From: Callorhinchus milii
Taxonomy: Eukaryota
Assembly (NCBI RefSeq): GCF_018977255.1
Contig: NW_024704743.1
Span: 16,370,001-16,434,000, forward strand
Length of the DNA: 64,000 bases
Direction of reading: 5' to 3'
The notes under the pieces were generated by a model that saw only the letters and a list, made by a program, of their open reading frames with translations, searched no databases and was not told where the DNA came from. A program made the translations under genes and the position numbers. Shown piece after piece: positions 1 to 13,663 of the stretch. Positions within the stretch are counted from its first letter, which is position 1. Each line of letters opens with the position of its first letter.

Positions 1-51
1 CGCATTGCTTGTTCCTCCACACTGTGATACAAGTGTGAGGAGGGTCAGGTA

Positions 52-228
52 GTTAATAATAATAATAATAATTGGATTTGATATAGTGTCTTTTCAGGTC
101 TTCGATATGTCTCAAAGACTTCACAGAATATACTGGAAAGTGAATTGACTGCATGATTTGTGGACAAAACGCGGAAGCCAATTGCGCTCAGCAGCGTCCC
201 ACAAACAGTCATGGAATGAGTGACCAAA
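52..228 (-). mobile_element. SINE 3' tail fragment. Further fragments at about 4010+, 6635+, 6830-, 22795-, 25830-, 27127+, 27835+, 29815+, 35735-, 43995-, 47128-, 51255+, 51845-, 52353-, 59830-
   Basis: Shared motif (taa)n-tccttgcatttgatatagcgc...aagcgcttcacagaatatactgtaaagtgaattgactg or its reverse complement. Confidence 0.8.
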
Positions 229-1263
229 TAATTTTTTTGTATTTTTTTTTTGAAGGGATTAACCCTTAGTTAGCTGAATGGATGTCACACACAGCACGGC
301 AAAGTGTGTGCCATTTGTGTATGAAGTCAAACTCACTGCCCCCCTTGCAACCAACAGAATCAGATTAACAGCGATCATTTACATGTGTGCAAAACAAAAA
401 ACATCTCTGTTGCTTTTAGCAATCATCTGAAGTGGCCCTAGAGCCTAACACCCTTGTGAGCGGTTAGGGCCTGCAGCTTATCAATTTACTGGCAAACGGC
501 TCCCTGAAGTATTAACCCGGGTTAATTATTCGTCAAATATGATTATGCAGTTCTAATGTAAAAATCGGAAATGCTGGATGGAATTTTTCACTCCAGTGAC
601 TTGGCGATTGCGGCAGCTGGTGGAGCGGTGGCAGTAATTACCAGCCCATTCCAGCTGCTGGCTCTGAATTCTGGTTCGGAAAAAAAAAAGCAATAAATAA
701 CTAGAGGAGCAGGAATAGGAGCCGAGCCAATGGTGGTGGGGAACATCTCACAGCTGCTGCTGGTGATAAATGAGAGCCAGTGGCCCCGTTTCTAATCAAT
801 ACATGTAAATGCTTCTCATTACAGTTTTCATACACACTTCTCAATTAGCCTTTCCTCTCACTGGTAACAAGGAATGTCATGCTTTCTGGAGTGTGAAAGT
901 GCTACATCCCCACGTTCACCTGCATCCATCGCAAACAAAAGAGCTTCTGAGCACAGCCCAGAGAGGCAGCAGGTGCTGGCAATGGCAGTGCATCTAACCT
1001 CGACTAAATGACTGGCTCCCTGGCCATTTCTGTACTTGCTGTGGAATAATTTCTGTTAAAAAATACTTACCACACTGTTAAAAACACAGGCGTGTGTTTA
1101 GCACAACTTCTCCTGCAGCTACACAGAGTGCTCATTTCAGGCTATTCTGTGTATTTTACAAACAGATACATTGACCAGTACTTAGACTGAACATGTGCAG
1201 CTCACACGTCTACCTTTATTTACGGTTCTTATGTTTAGAACACTCAAGATTTCTATATTTTTA

Positions 1264-1537
1264 AATCTGCCTGTTCAAGTGGATATTAAAGATCTCATGG
1301 CACTACAGGTTTTTGAAAAGAGAAGGGAGAAGTCTCCTGGCCAACAATCCTCCAGATAAAAAAAATAGTCACTCACTTCATGACTGCCTGTGGGACATTG
1401 CTGTGCAAAAATTGGCTACGACATTTGCCCACAAACACACAGTCACTACACTTCACAGAAAAATCCTGTGAAGGCTTTAAGATATCTCAACAACGTGATA
1501 AGGCACTACGTCAAATGCAAAGATTATTATTATTATT
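1264..1537 (+). mobile_element. SINE type B, 5'-truncated
   Basis: aaagatctcatggcacta...aaatgcaaagattattattatt. Confidence 0.7.
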
Positions 1538-1784
1538 AACGATTCTCTGATCAGCTCAAAGTTTTTAATCAAACAAGTTTCTCTCTTAACTTCTCTTTCC
1601 CTTTGGTTGGCAGAAAAATGAACTCAGATATGGAGACTGAACATACAGTCCAAATTCCCCAGCTTGGTCTAATTACTGCTTGCCCAAATGATGGAAAATG
1701 GTTAATAATCGCTCAAGTGAAGGCAACTGTTGAACTGCTTGGTCTCAGCAGAATGCAGCAATGGGACATTAACAATCCTTACAT

Positions 1785-2020
1785 TTGATATCATGCTGTT
1801 GAGATGTCTCAAAGCTCTTCACAATATATACTGTAAAGTGAAATGACTGTACATTTTGTGGGCCAAATGCTGCAGCCAATTGCACACAGAGCATTGTGGA
1901 TTGATAGGGATTATTAGCCCCGAAAAGTGATCCTCCAAGCGACAAATAATCAGGTTCGTACCTACTGCTAGGTAAGCAGAGGCGCGTGGCGTTGGGAAAC
2001 TTGGCTAAGATTTTGCCGAA
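1785..2020 (-). mobile_element. SINE type A, partial
   Basis: Tail and central domain present, head missing. Confidence 0.75.
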
Positions 2021-5000
2021 AAGGGTGAAAGTATCCTGCTTTTTGTTTTAAAATATAACTGCCTCTGGCACACACAATTAGATTTTTTGTTTCGCTGGAG
2101 AGAAAACAAAATACATGGGCTTTATCATGGTACAGGATTTTCTTTGTGTTTGCACAGAAACAAACTAATTATCACAGAGTGAGAATAAGGCAGAGGAAAA
2201 AAAAATGCTGTGGCATCTTTATTGTAACCGCACTGACATGGAGCCGCGCACACAAATGCTGACCCAGAGCGTGAGCCGTTGATGAGAGAGGCTAAAATGG
2301 AAGCTGTCACTTCACATTGCATCAGGGCGATTTGTACAATGTAGTAAAATTAAAAGCTCCTGATGGCGCAGGATCCAGTTTCAGTCATTAGCTATTGGGA
2401 CTGACAGGGACCATTCAAGAAGATCAGGCTCCACACAGTGCAGTGGTCAATTTGCCTTGTCCCCAGGCGATTGGCTGTTAATGTTGTTTCATGCCCCACT
2501 TCTCTGTGTGCGCCAGGCAAGAAACAAATTGTTTTTCGTCCCTGTTCCCACCTTTAAGGGGACGGGGATGAAAAAACAAAGCAAAATGCACCCTAGTGAT
2601 ACGGAGATGCAATCTGTCTGATACACATGACATAGGACACGGTTATCATACAATGAATAGTAAATCAGGGAAGCTTGAGTTCTTCAAAGGTACAACTGAA
2701 AACCTACAACAAACGTGTTATTTCTTCCTTTCCCTCCAAAATAGAAACACAGGCGCGTCCACACATAAAACAAGTTTAACAATAACATTTCTGGAGCTCG
2801 CACTGTTTGTGCCTCAGTTAAAAAAAAGAGTTTCAAAAGAAAACAATTCAGCCAGAAGGACAAAGGGTTAAGCATTAGTACTGGTCAGTGCTCAGAGAGC
2901 GTGTGTTATAAATAATACAGATGGAGAGGGTGAAGGGCACTCGAAACTACCTCAGGACCAAAGCTGAGCAATCAAAGTGAAAAATCTAATTCTGTATTAA
3001 AAACTCAAGTTGCCATGGATATGCTTTGCTTGCTGACCAGCTGCAAATGTGGCTGGGGCTGGTGTGGGCGATATCTGCAGATATCAGCAACTTTGTTGGA
3101 GCTCGTGTGTGAGAAGACTGGTCTAAGCCATGCAAGCCTTTTCTGTGATCGTTGTCAGCACACATTGTAGCCAAAGAATTATTAAGGGAAACGAAACGGG
3201 CAATTATTCAGTGGCTCTTCTTGTTCTCAAAATCCCATCCGTGGCCCAAATTTGCTAGTTTCTCTTTTTTTTGTAATAAAAATATGCTAGACCCCTGAGC
3301 CCTAAAAGGAACCCTTTTTTTTTAATGACTGTTGTTGGAAAAAGGGATTAAGAGACATTTATTTCCCTGGGACAGACACGAGGAAGAGAAAGGGTGGAAC
3401 TGATTAACTTGACGATGGTCGGTCGCTCTGTGAGTTGCAGGTCTGGTTTGAGTATTTTTTTCCCGCTGTATTTGTTTCAATTTCTGAAACACTGAATGAA
3501 TTTCTGTGTCAACTGCACAATGTGCGGTCCAGTCTGCTGAGTGACAAAGGCACCTTTCACAGCACCTGAAATAGGTGCTTCCTGTTGATTAACAGGGAGA
3601 TGGAATGATTTTTAAAGCAAATAAAATATAAGCAATTAACTCTGCAACACATGGTGGGGGTGGTAGGGGGGGATTCATTGAAAGGGGGGGGGTGATTCTT
3701 TGAGGGGGAGTGGCGGGAAAAAAAAATCTTCAAGGGGAGAATTTCAGCTCCTGAGCTCAGGTCAATGCAAAGCCAGCAAGAGCTCGTTCCTACGAAATCC
3801 TAAAATTCTTTGCACTAAAAGAGAAGATGCCTGGAACATGTGGCTATCCTAAACTCCCTGGAGATTTTACTCAAGAATGATTTTAAAAAAGGTACAGATG
3901 AAGGCTTTTGAATCATTTTACTACAGCGCACTTAAGGTTGTAAAACAAACTCTCTTCTGCAAAAGCATATATTGAAATATAGACTTCAAACAACTCAGCC
4001 CACCAGGCAATTGCATTTTTTTCCACATTTCGCCCACAAAATATACAGTCGATTCACTTTACAGTATATCCTGTGAAGCGCTTTGAAACGTTTCGATGAT
4101 CTGATCAAGCGCTATATCAAATTCAAGGATAAATATTATTATTTTGGCACATGTATATATTATGCAAATGACACACAGTTCTGTTTCGTTACTGAAGGCA
4201 TCATATCTGAAATTTGTGAATTTAAACAATTCCTTTTCTTGTTTTTTTCCACTTTTCATTATTTTTTAAAATATAGATTTTTATTCTTTACTGAGTAACA
4301 GCTCATAGAGTGACAGCCACTCCAAATCAGTTTATGACATCTTATATTTGTACCTTGCGTATATTTTTTTTAAAAAAGCTTTGTATTTTTCAGAAACTTC
4401 AGCTCCCAAATGATTGAAATGAAAAGAAAGAGCAAAGCCTCAGAGCTAAGAGAAACATCACTTTCTCTGACTTCATCCCAGACAGGGTGAGTAGTGCATG
4501 AGCGAGCTGGAATTTCTGATGATTCCTGGCTCCCTCTGATAAAATAAACTATAAAATTAACAAGTCTGAGTTACGTTTGCCTTTCACTGAACAGATAATG
4601 AGCATGAGTTAGCCAAGATCTGGCTACGGAATGATTTCAACTCAAGGTACAACAGCCACAGAACAGCTCTGAGCTTTACAGTAGAAGACTTGTCTGCCCG
4701 ACAATTCTACAGATTGAGCGGCCGTTCAGCTGATGCCTCTTTGCTGGTTCCAACAGCTTCCACGTTTATCTACAAAAAAACCCACTTGACGGCAATTACG
4801 TGCGAAGCGCTTTGAGACGTTTCCAGTCGATAAGGCTTTACATAAAATGCATGTTTTCTTTCTTTTAAGACAGCGTGTTTTTCGAAAGCTTCGAAGCGTA
4901 ACATTGATGCCTTCATCGGCTGTGTGCGGCTTGCATTAAATACTTCACTCCACAAGGTGCCAGACCCTGTGATTTAAATGAAACATTTTAATTTACTTTT

Positions 5001-7438
5001 CAGATGAGCATTCCCTGGGTAATTATCTACACAAATCACTTGGGGATAACTTTGTCACCATTTTCCCACTCAGCCCATATTTTCAGCAATTGCTTCCCCC
5101 CCACCACCTCCCCCCACCCCCAACCTACCTTTTACATGCTGAATGAGGCATATTGCTAAATAAACTGACAAGAATCACAGCAAAGCCATGTACCCGTGCT
5201 TATATGATGTGTCCTAATCATACAATCAATACAACTTTCAGTGCCTGCGTGTGACCTTTTTCAAATTATCCCTCCATTTTTGTTGAATCTGGATGAGTTT
5301 GCCCTATTTCATAAAACACTAAGTGCGTGAAATAAGTGGCTGTGGTTTTTCAGGCAGACTCCCCTTGACAGAATGATGATAGAAGCATCACATCCCTTGA
5401 ACAGTAAATGCAAACTGACAACAGATGAGCCTTTAGATGTTGAATATAATACTGAATTGTGCTTGAAGTGTCTTATTATGTTGTCTTTTGATGTCTGAAG
5501 GGTGGTGCATCTTAGAAGAGAACCCGTATACTGATTTGGCATCCCAAAATTGCTCAACCTTAACAACTGGTTTCCAACTAATGTCCATCCTTTCTGAAAA
5601 TAAATATGGCAGGTCGGAAGAAAATGACAAACATTTTACTTTATATGCCAAGGTTGTTTGGATGGGGTTTATGGGGTGGGGGGGGGGTGAGGTGGTCAGG
5701 TAATCATGAAGCCGGGACATTTTGATAGCTTTTTGTGAAAAGCAGTTTTTCTTCAAAATACTTAATTGCGAATTTGCAATTTTATGAATGGTAAAGTCAA
5801 CGGATGTCTGTGAAGTGAGGTGAACTTATTGTGTTGTGTGTTGTCATTTTAAAACAAATCTTGCATTTTTCTTTGGTCTAAACAGGTATTAATTACACGT
5901 TGGAGAGGTGATAAAAGCCGTCTCTGGGATTGGCTCTGGTTGACTGTGGATGATATGCTTTTGTTCGACTCTCGCCCCAGCAAAATGCTAATCGGCAATG
6001 TTCGCTGTGTTGTTTCCCAAGATTTCCCAATCACCAGTGAAGGGCAGAGGATAAATTCATAAAGTGAGTGATTTTAATGGGGATTTTTACGCGCTGCTAA
6101 AAGGCAGACAGCTCTAGAGCAGGCGTAACAAAAAATTGAAGGTCTAAAAAAATAAACACTGCGAAAATGATTTTTTTTTAAAAAAAGTCTTGAAACCTAC
6201 CTTGAGTTCATAGCATAGAAAATAATACAAAAACACAAGCAGTGGCACTTGTAGCTGCGAGAACAGATTGCAATGAAGAAGTCTCTGTCAGAACATTTGA
6301 CAGTTTTGAAGAGGTTGATGTGAATAGTCGAAATGAGGAAGGTCTGAAGCTGGTGCTCCAGATCACACAGGAAAGTGATTCACAAGGGATCCCTTGTAAA
6401 AGTCTTGTAAAGAGACGAAAGTTTCTCTTTTTCCAGCGTGATCGTGAGGCAACGCGAGACTGTATAGAGAAGGCATCTCTCTACTGCAATTGTCAGGTAG
6501 CCTCCTTCCAAATCAGAAAGAGGTGTGAGAAATCTGAGGTCTATTGTGTGCTAGTGTAAACCATGTGCAAATGCATATGTATCATGTGCCGTGTGTAAAC
6601 CCTGGGTAAACATGTGTACAGAGGGAATGATGGATTTTCACCGACAAAATATACAGTCTCTACAATATATTCTCTGAAGCGCTTTGAGACGTCTCTAAGA
6701 CCTGATAAGGCGCTATATCGAATGCAAGGATTATTATTATGTCCTTAGATATATAATTGCTGTTAATTGCACCTGTAATTCCCACCTTACACATGCAGTT
6801 ACACAAGGCGCATAATTATATTAATAATAGTAGTAATCCTTGCATTTGATATAGCGCCTTACAACGTTGTTGAGACGTTGCAAAGCGCTTCACAGAATAT
6901 ATTGTAAAGTGGATTCACCGTGTATTTGTGGACTAATTCCTGTGCTTTTATGCAAGGTTTATAAATGGTTTACGCATTGCCCAGAATAGATCCCATGTCA
7001 GCTATTAAACATGGGACAGACAATGAATTCATCTTTTAGTGTCTATTCATGACAACTCTGAGTTAAGATATTAAAGAGTTGTTCCCCTGCTCCAGCACAG
7101 GGACAGAGTGCGAGTCAGATAGAAAGCGCTGCGGGTGGAAAGAAAGGTGTTCTCAAAGGGTTTGATCTCACAAGCAAACTAGATGTGCCCATCATTCTGC
7201 AGCTCATAGTTCAGATTGTTTGTCAGGTTTGGGTACACACAGCACCATATCATGCCTGCACAGCCATTCTCCATACTCTGACTGAGGTCAAAATCCACAA
7301 AAGATTTCAATAAAATAATCCTTACATTTAATTAAATGAGGACAGTACTTGAAATTGATACACCTCCAAACTCTTCAGAGTGCTTCTCACAACTTGGCAG
7401 CTGTGCTAGCAATGCCCCATGAACAGTGGAGAAATGCA

Positions 7439-7668
7439 TTAACAATTAAACAAAATGCAAAATACTGCAGATGCTGAAAATCTGAAACAAAAACAGAAGT
7501 CGCTGGGAACACTCAGCAGGTCAGGCAGAATCTACGGAGAAAGGAAAGTGAGTCAACGTTTCAAGTCGTGGACCCGAAACGTTTACTCACTTTCCTTTCT
7601 CCAAAGATGCTGCCTGACCTGCTGAGTGTTCCCTGCGACTTCTGTTTTTGTTTTGCGTTAACAATTAA
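7439..7668. mobile_element. Hairpin insertion with 11-bp flanking direct repeat, resembling chondrichthyan Penelope-like terminal repeats
   Basis: Arms 7485-7562 and 7576-7653 are near-perfect inverted repeats. ttaacaattaa occurs at 7439-7449 and 7658-7668. The family assignment is from memory. Confidence 0.7.
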
Positions 7669-7689
7669 TTGAGTTATAAATTAATGTGC

Positions 7690-8110
7690 TTCTTGGATGA
7701 ATCTGGGTGAGAGGAATGCTGACCAGGACCCTGGGAAAACTCCTTGCTTTTCTTTATGAAATAGCACCATGACATCTTTAACATCCATCTGAACCACCTG
7801 ATTAGGCAGATGTGATCTAAGTTTAATGTCCCATCCAAAAGACAGCACCGCCTACAACAACAACAACTTGCATTGATATAGCGCCCTTCGCGTAGGGTAG
7901 CTTCCTGGAGCGCATCACTGTGGCGGAGTCTAACAACAAGCCAAGGGGAGAGGGAAGGGGGGTGTGACCGTAAGCATGATACAAAGCAGAGTTTCCAAAG
8001 TATTACACTGGAGTGTCGCGCTACGTTATGAGCTCCAGCACTAGTGTGGGGTGCAAGCCCATAACCTTCTGACCCACAGGCAAGAGAGCTACCAACTGAG
8101 TCAAGCTGAC
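7690..8110 (-). mobile_element. SINE type B with a nested L2 tail fragment (~7855-7990)
   Basis: Deu-like domain and tRNA head on the minus strand, interrupted by a (caa)n-ttgcattgatatagcgcc tail. Confidence 0.65.
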
Positions 8111-9508
8111 ACTTAGACAGCACACCCACCATATGCCTACTTTTGAGTCCTAGTTTCCAGTTTAAATGCAACACATGCACCACTCCAAACCGATGCTCAT
8201 GTGAAACAAACTCACCTTGGGGTGTATTTCACGTCAGGAACAATTTGCAGACAATGCAATGTTACTAGCTGCAGTGCATCCGCAGTTTAAACCTATAAAG
8301 GAAAAGGTGCGTGATGACACATGTGTTTGACTAGCACACACGTGCCACATGGCAAAATGTCCATGTTACAAAATGTGTCATTATTCCACTCAGGGAGTTG
8401 CCATTTAAACGACAGAGCTCTACTCAATCGGACATTGTGGATTCAACCACGGAGGTCGGATTAAACTAATGGCATTCAGCACGGGAGAAAAGTGCAGATA
8501 TAAAGAGCAACAGCTGTCACGGGAGTACTCTGCTTTTAGTTTCATTTCTCATACTGCTACCAGTAAATATTGGCTGTGAATACAGAATGAAATGTTTACA
8601 CTCACAAAATAAAATGGGCAACATTTGGGCTGACAGGTCCCACTGCATTTCTTTCAAAAAAACATCATTTGCAAATGCTTTGTTTCTAAAACCTTGTTCC
8701 TATTTGGCACTTCTTTACAACTTTAACGATCTTTTTATCTCATTCCACTCCGCCGTGCATCCACTGCTTAAGTTCCATTTTACTGAGGCACTGCTGTCAC
8801 GAAGAGAGAATAATCCCGGAGGGGGCAGAGAGGTAGGAGCCACTATTCCCAAACCACTCCAGTAAAATCCAAACAAAGGCAATAAATTCCCAATGGCCAA
8901 CAGAAGGAATCTCCTTAGATTGTTTCATAAGCCAAGGAGGCATCTTTATCCGTGTGGATGGTGAAATTATAAATAGACTTGTCTCAGTCCTGCGATAGAG
9001 GCAGGTATTCCACAGTTTCCCTTTGTATAATGCAGTCAGACAATACATAAAGAAAAACATTGCAATGCATTTTTTGTTATTTAACCAAAATCCCCACAAG
9101 AGCTATTAGGTGTGGAGCCTATTTTAATAAATCCCTTGAGGGAGTATAAAACTCCCGTTAAGCTTTTTATTTCTGAATGAAATAAATCAATTTTGTTCAA
9201 GGAGGTACTTTTTTAAACAAAATTGAAGTGAAAATAACAGCATCAATTGTTACACAGGAACATCAACCGGGGAGCAGAGTGAAATGCTGTGTTATTGGGA
9301 AACAATAAGAAATGGCATCAGTCTGCTTTAAGCCTCCAATCTGGAAGTCCAACACTTCTCGGCTTTTCTGATCAATGACGATAACTTCATCATTCAGAAC
9401 AGGGTCAGGAGAGGGGTGTTCTGCCTCATTCAACATGATAAATATCATATGGACTGCAAATTTAGCTCTGATAATGCGTTACTCTCAGTTAATCCACTTT
9501 ATCTGTTA

Positions 9509-9790
9509 GCCCCCAGTAATATATGTTACATGCATTCACCTCCAGTAATAATTACAATGTATTATCCACAAATAATACTTTCCATCTGCATCACTCTCAA
9601 GTAATATTTACCATGCATTGTCCTACAGTAATAGATACCATGTAATTACTTCCCAGTAATAGATACCATGTACATTACTCCCCAGTAATAGATAGTGTGC
9701 ACATTACTCCCCAGTAATAGATGCCATGTATATTACTCTCCAGTAATGGATGTCAATGTGCAACTTTGCAGTAAATACATATTGCATGTT
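9509..9790. repeat. Degenerate 29-bp minisatellite (ccccagtaatagataccatgtacattact)
   Basis: cagtaat at 9654, 9683, 9712 and 9741, with decayed copies on either side. Confidence 0.85.
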
Positions 9791-10069
9791 ACTCTTTAAA
9801 AACACGTACCAAGGACTGACCCCATTAGAAAGTATGAGTCCCAATTTTAGCTTCCTTGTTATAATGGGACATGCTAAAACAAAGGCTGTCAGTCAGTTGT
9901 CCCGAGGTGTCAGATCACCACTGCCATCACTTTCTCCTCACCGCAGGCATGTGACCATTACTTACCATGTGCTGTGCATGCCTGTTATTGCCTGAGGCTG
10001 AATATGTACCATGTCTCCAGTGTAGAACAGGGCCATGGTGTGATTATGCTGTAAGCGGTCCTACATTAT

Positions 10070-10484
10070 AATAAATAACAATAATCCACGCATTTGATAA
10101 AGCATCTTATCACATTGTTGAGACGTCTCAAAGGACTTCATAGAATACACAGTAAAGTGAATTGACTGCATGTTTTGTGGGCAAAATACGGCAGCCAACT
10201 GAGCATAGAAGTGTCCCACAAACAGTTGTGGATTGAGTGACTAAATTATTATTATTATTTTTTGAAGGGATTATTATCCCCGGAAAGTGATCCGCCAATC
10301 GACTAACAATCAGGTTCCCACTTACTGCTAGATAAACAGAGGCATATGGAGTAAGAAAATTTGCCTAAGCTTTCACCCAAAGCAAACCCAGAATTTCACC
10401 CGGAATCAAATTTCACCCGGAATCAAACCCGGGTCCTCTTGCTAGCGAGGCGAGTGCTCTAACCAATATGCTACAGGACTCCAT
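10070..10484 (-). mobile_element. Full-length SINE type A
   Basis: Reverse complement of the 63201 element, with a short internal duplication at about 10392-10428. Confidence 0.85.
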
Positions 10485-11849
10485 ATTAGGGGCTTGTTAG
10501 AATGGGGCTGGCCTGTTCATGCTCTCCAGTAATACAATGTGTTTTCTTCCAGTAATGCATAATTCTCCATTATTATCCAGTCATTTGCTGAAAATACATT
10601 GCTGCGCTAATTTGGTTGTCAGTCAGAACTGTTCAGTGTTCAGCTCAAATACCCTCAATCCTCATAGTAAGATCATTTTGCGTCTACACTAACATTCTCA
10701 CTGAACTCGCCTGTTACCAAAACGAATCACCGGCTCTTCACAGCAAATAGCTGCAAGATTATTTGAATCATTCATTCCAAAAGGGAACGACCAGCTTCAT
10801 TCCTAACTCACCAAACCAGTCAGCCATCAAACATTAATACACAGACCTCCCTTGTTCCTTCCAGCCAGATAGCCAGACAGACAGTCAGCGAGTGGCAGCA
10901 CTGCTCGCTGGGGAATGAATGACCAGAGAATGACTGTGTAACAAATGCAGACCATGATATGTTATGCAAATTAAAGAAATGCACAGAGCAAATTAAAGGC
11001 ATTCATTTTACCTTGTTTATGAGCGGGTTTGGAAACCGTGTTAATTTCACTTCTACAGTTCATATGTTACGGTCTCCACGATGGCATTGCTGAATTGTGC
11101 TCATTCAAAACTACTGCTGCCATCTCATTTGTAGCATTTCCCGATGGGATTCCTTTCGAATGCCCATCGAGCCGCAGGAACTCCACGCAAGCAGCATACA
11201 GCGACAGAGCAGAGTTGGTTTGGGTGAGCACGACATATGTTTATGACCAGACGCAGTCCCCATTTCCGTGACTTTAAAAGGGAATGCCGTTAAGAAGTAC
11301 TGCAAATTAGACCCCATTGTGTCTAATAGTCCATTTTATTGAGCCTTCAGTTCATTTTAATTGTCGAATGATCAAATAACAACAGTAGTTTCCATGCAGC
11401 TTTGTTCAAAAGGAAATGTCAAGCACACATCCCTTACTCATTGTCTATGGTCCTCATTCTGAAATTATAATTGAACTGCAACAATTTGTATTTACATAGC
11501 ACCCTGCACATAGCATAACCTCTCAAAGCCCCATAGGCCATTTGCTTTTAAAGGTGCTGAGTTGCAAATCACAACCGTAGCATTTCTGCCATTATCTCCA
11601 CCTACGGCAAGTTACAGTAAAAATAAAACTATAAACCGGAAGATGCTACACATCCTGATCAGCTGGTCTACCTCCCAGCTGCTTGACCTCATTTCCCCAA
11701 AGACATCACATTCAATGTCAGACTGACGAGCACATCTGACCCTGAACCTGACCCTTCTTTGTCTCGTGATATTTTATGTATAAATATTTGACTAGGAAGA
11801 AGAATGCGGCGACACTGAGCGTGCAATGAAGATTGAGATCAGCAAAGAA

Positions 11850-12110
11850 AAACAACAATAATTTACATTTACAAAGCGCCTTTCACATTAGGAGGACGTC
11901 TCAAAGCACTTCACAGAACCGACTGGGATACTGAGCTACGAATGGGGGAATCTGATCAGGGGGAAGAAGACAACCAAAAGTACAGTTGAAAATAAAGCTA
12001 TTTGCATGAGTTTTTAAGGAATGAGGCATAGGGACTCCGGGATGCAGTTCCAGAGAGCGAGGCAGAAAGTGGTGTGCTGGGTCGGGGTGGGGAACAGACA
12101 TGAAGCAGGC
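11850..12110 (-). mobile_element. Decayed L2 3' end
   Basis: Similar to 49455-49750. Confidence 0.65.
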
Positions 12111-13305
12111 TGGTGTAGACTGCTAATATTAGAAATCTGAACTAAAAGTAGGATACACACTACACACAGCACATTGATCGACATCTGAACAACAAATGCG
12201 GAGGTCAAAAATGCTGTATTTTATTTTTATTTCTTAATAAGGAATCCTGTTAGATTTCCAGTCAAACTGTGGGGACTCTGCCTGGAGGTAAATCATGTCA
12301 GAGTGGAATTAAATTCTGGTGTCTGGCACGGTGCACTTCCAATTTCTTGAAGGAGTCTCCACTTACACTAGAATCAGAACCATAGACAGCACAAGAGGGT
12401 TTGTTCAGGTAACTATTGTATTGCAATTGCAACATTTGTTCAGCAATTGTATTGCAATTCACAATGGAATAAAAAGGTGGGAACTGCCCCGATAGAAAAT
12501 AATTAGAGCAGCAATACATTTGATTTCATAACCTAAATCGTTAACTGAATGTTAACTGAAGCTCTGCACAAGATGTATCTATTTTACACCAAACCCATCG
12601 TATGCCGTTGGGATCTTTCAAAATAAATCATGCAAAAGCATCCTGCTCCTCAGAATATTTTTTAACTGAGAGGGCCCTAAGGAAGAATCAGATGTGGTAA
12701 TTCTACTGCGTGCTGAAATAAACATGTGGTATTTCTCATTGAACAAGTTTGTTTGTGGGGATTTGTGATGGATTGGAAGAGGGTACTTGCCCACTAACAT
12801 GGCACAAAGCCGATTACTGCTCACAAAGGCACATAAATACATAACACCACAAGGTGTGTTTAATTCAGATCAGAGTTCCCCAGAGTCCCTTGTTTGAAAT
12901 CTTCCCCTTTGCAGCCTATAAATCCTCAACTACTAAGCATGGCTCAGCTCCTCCTCCTGTTTTGTTTCGTGGTTCAACCACCAAAAAGTGAGATTCAAAT
13001 GGGATGTATCTGATAGTGCAGCCAAGCCCCCACCCCCCTCCCCCCCCCATCCCCCACCCCACACCCACCTCACCCTGTGCATTGCTCCATCCTGTGCCCA
13101 GTCACGAACTTACTCCATAGGACATGAGTATGTTGTAGATATTCCCAAGATGCACAGCCATGAGTTTCCGGTAAATGGTCCATTGCCCAGCTGGTTGAGT
13201 TGCTTGGTTCATTTTGATCATATAGTATTTTGTATTTGTGCCCCTCAAAGTAGAATTATTTTCAATCAAAAACCTTTTAAAACAAGTAACTGGCCAATTT
13301 ACTAC

Positions 13306-13663
13306 TAATAATAATAATCCTTGCATTTTATATAGCGCCTTGTCACATCTTCAATACGTCTCAAAGCGCTTCACAGAATATACCGTAAAGTGAATTGACT
13401 GTATATTTTGTGGGTGAAACGCGGTAGCCAATTACGCAAACAGTCGTGGATTGAGTGACCAATCTATTATTATTTTTTTGGAAGGAATTATTACCCCCGG
13501 AAAAGCGATCCGTCAATTAACTAACAACTGGATTCATACTTACTGCTAGGTAAACAGAGGCGTGTGGAGTAAGGAAACTTGCCCAACGTTTCACCCTGCC
13601 GGGAATCAAACCCAGTACTCTCACTTGCCAGAGTGCTCTAACCACTGAGCTAAAGGACTCCAT
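13306..13663 (-). mobile_element. Full-length SINE type A
   Basis: A-box TAGCTCAGTGG and B-box-like GGTTTGATTCC on the minus strand; (ATT)n tail. Confidence 0.85.

Noticed and set aside
6242..6559. 105-aa ORF containing ankyrin-like DVNSRNEEG
   Set aside because: It lacks the TPLH motif, starts at GTG, has no convincing exon context and is antisense within an intron.
7555..7585. Hammerhead ribozyme in the hairpin element
   Set aside because: Only the GAAAC half is present; the CUGAnGA core is missing.
9263..9448. Protein-like minus-strand ORF
   Set aside because: No recognisable homology to POU6F2 or anything else, and no good donor site.
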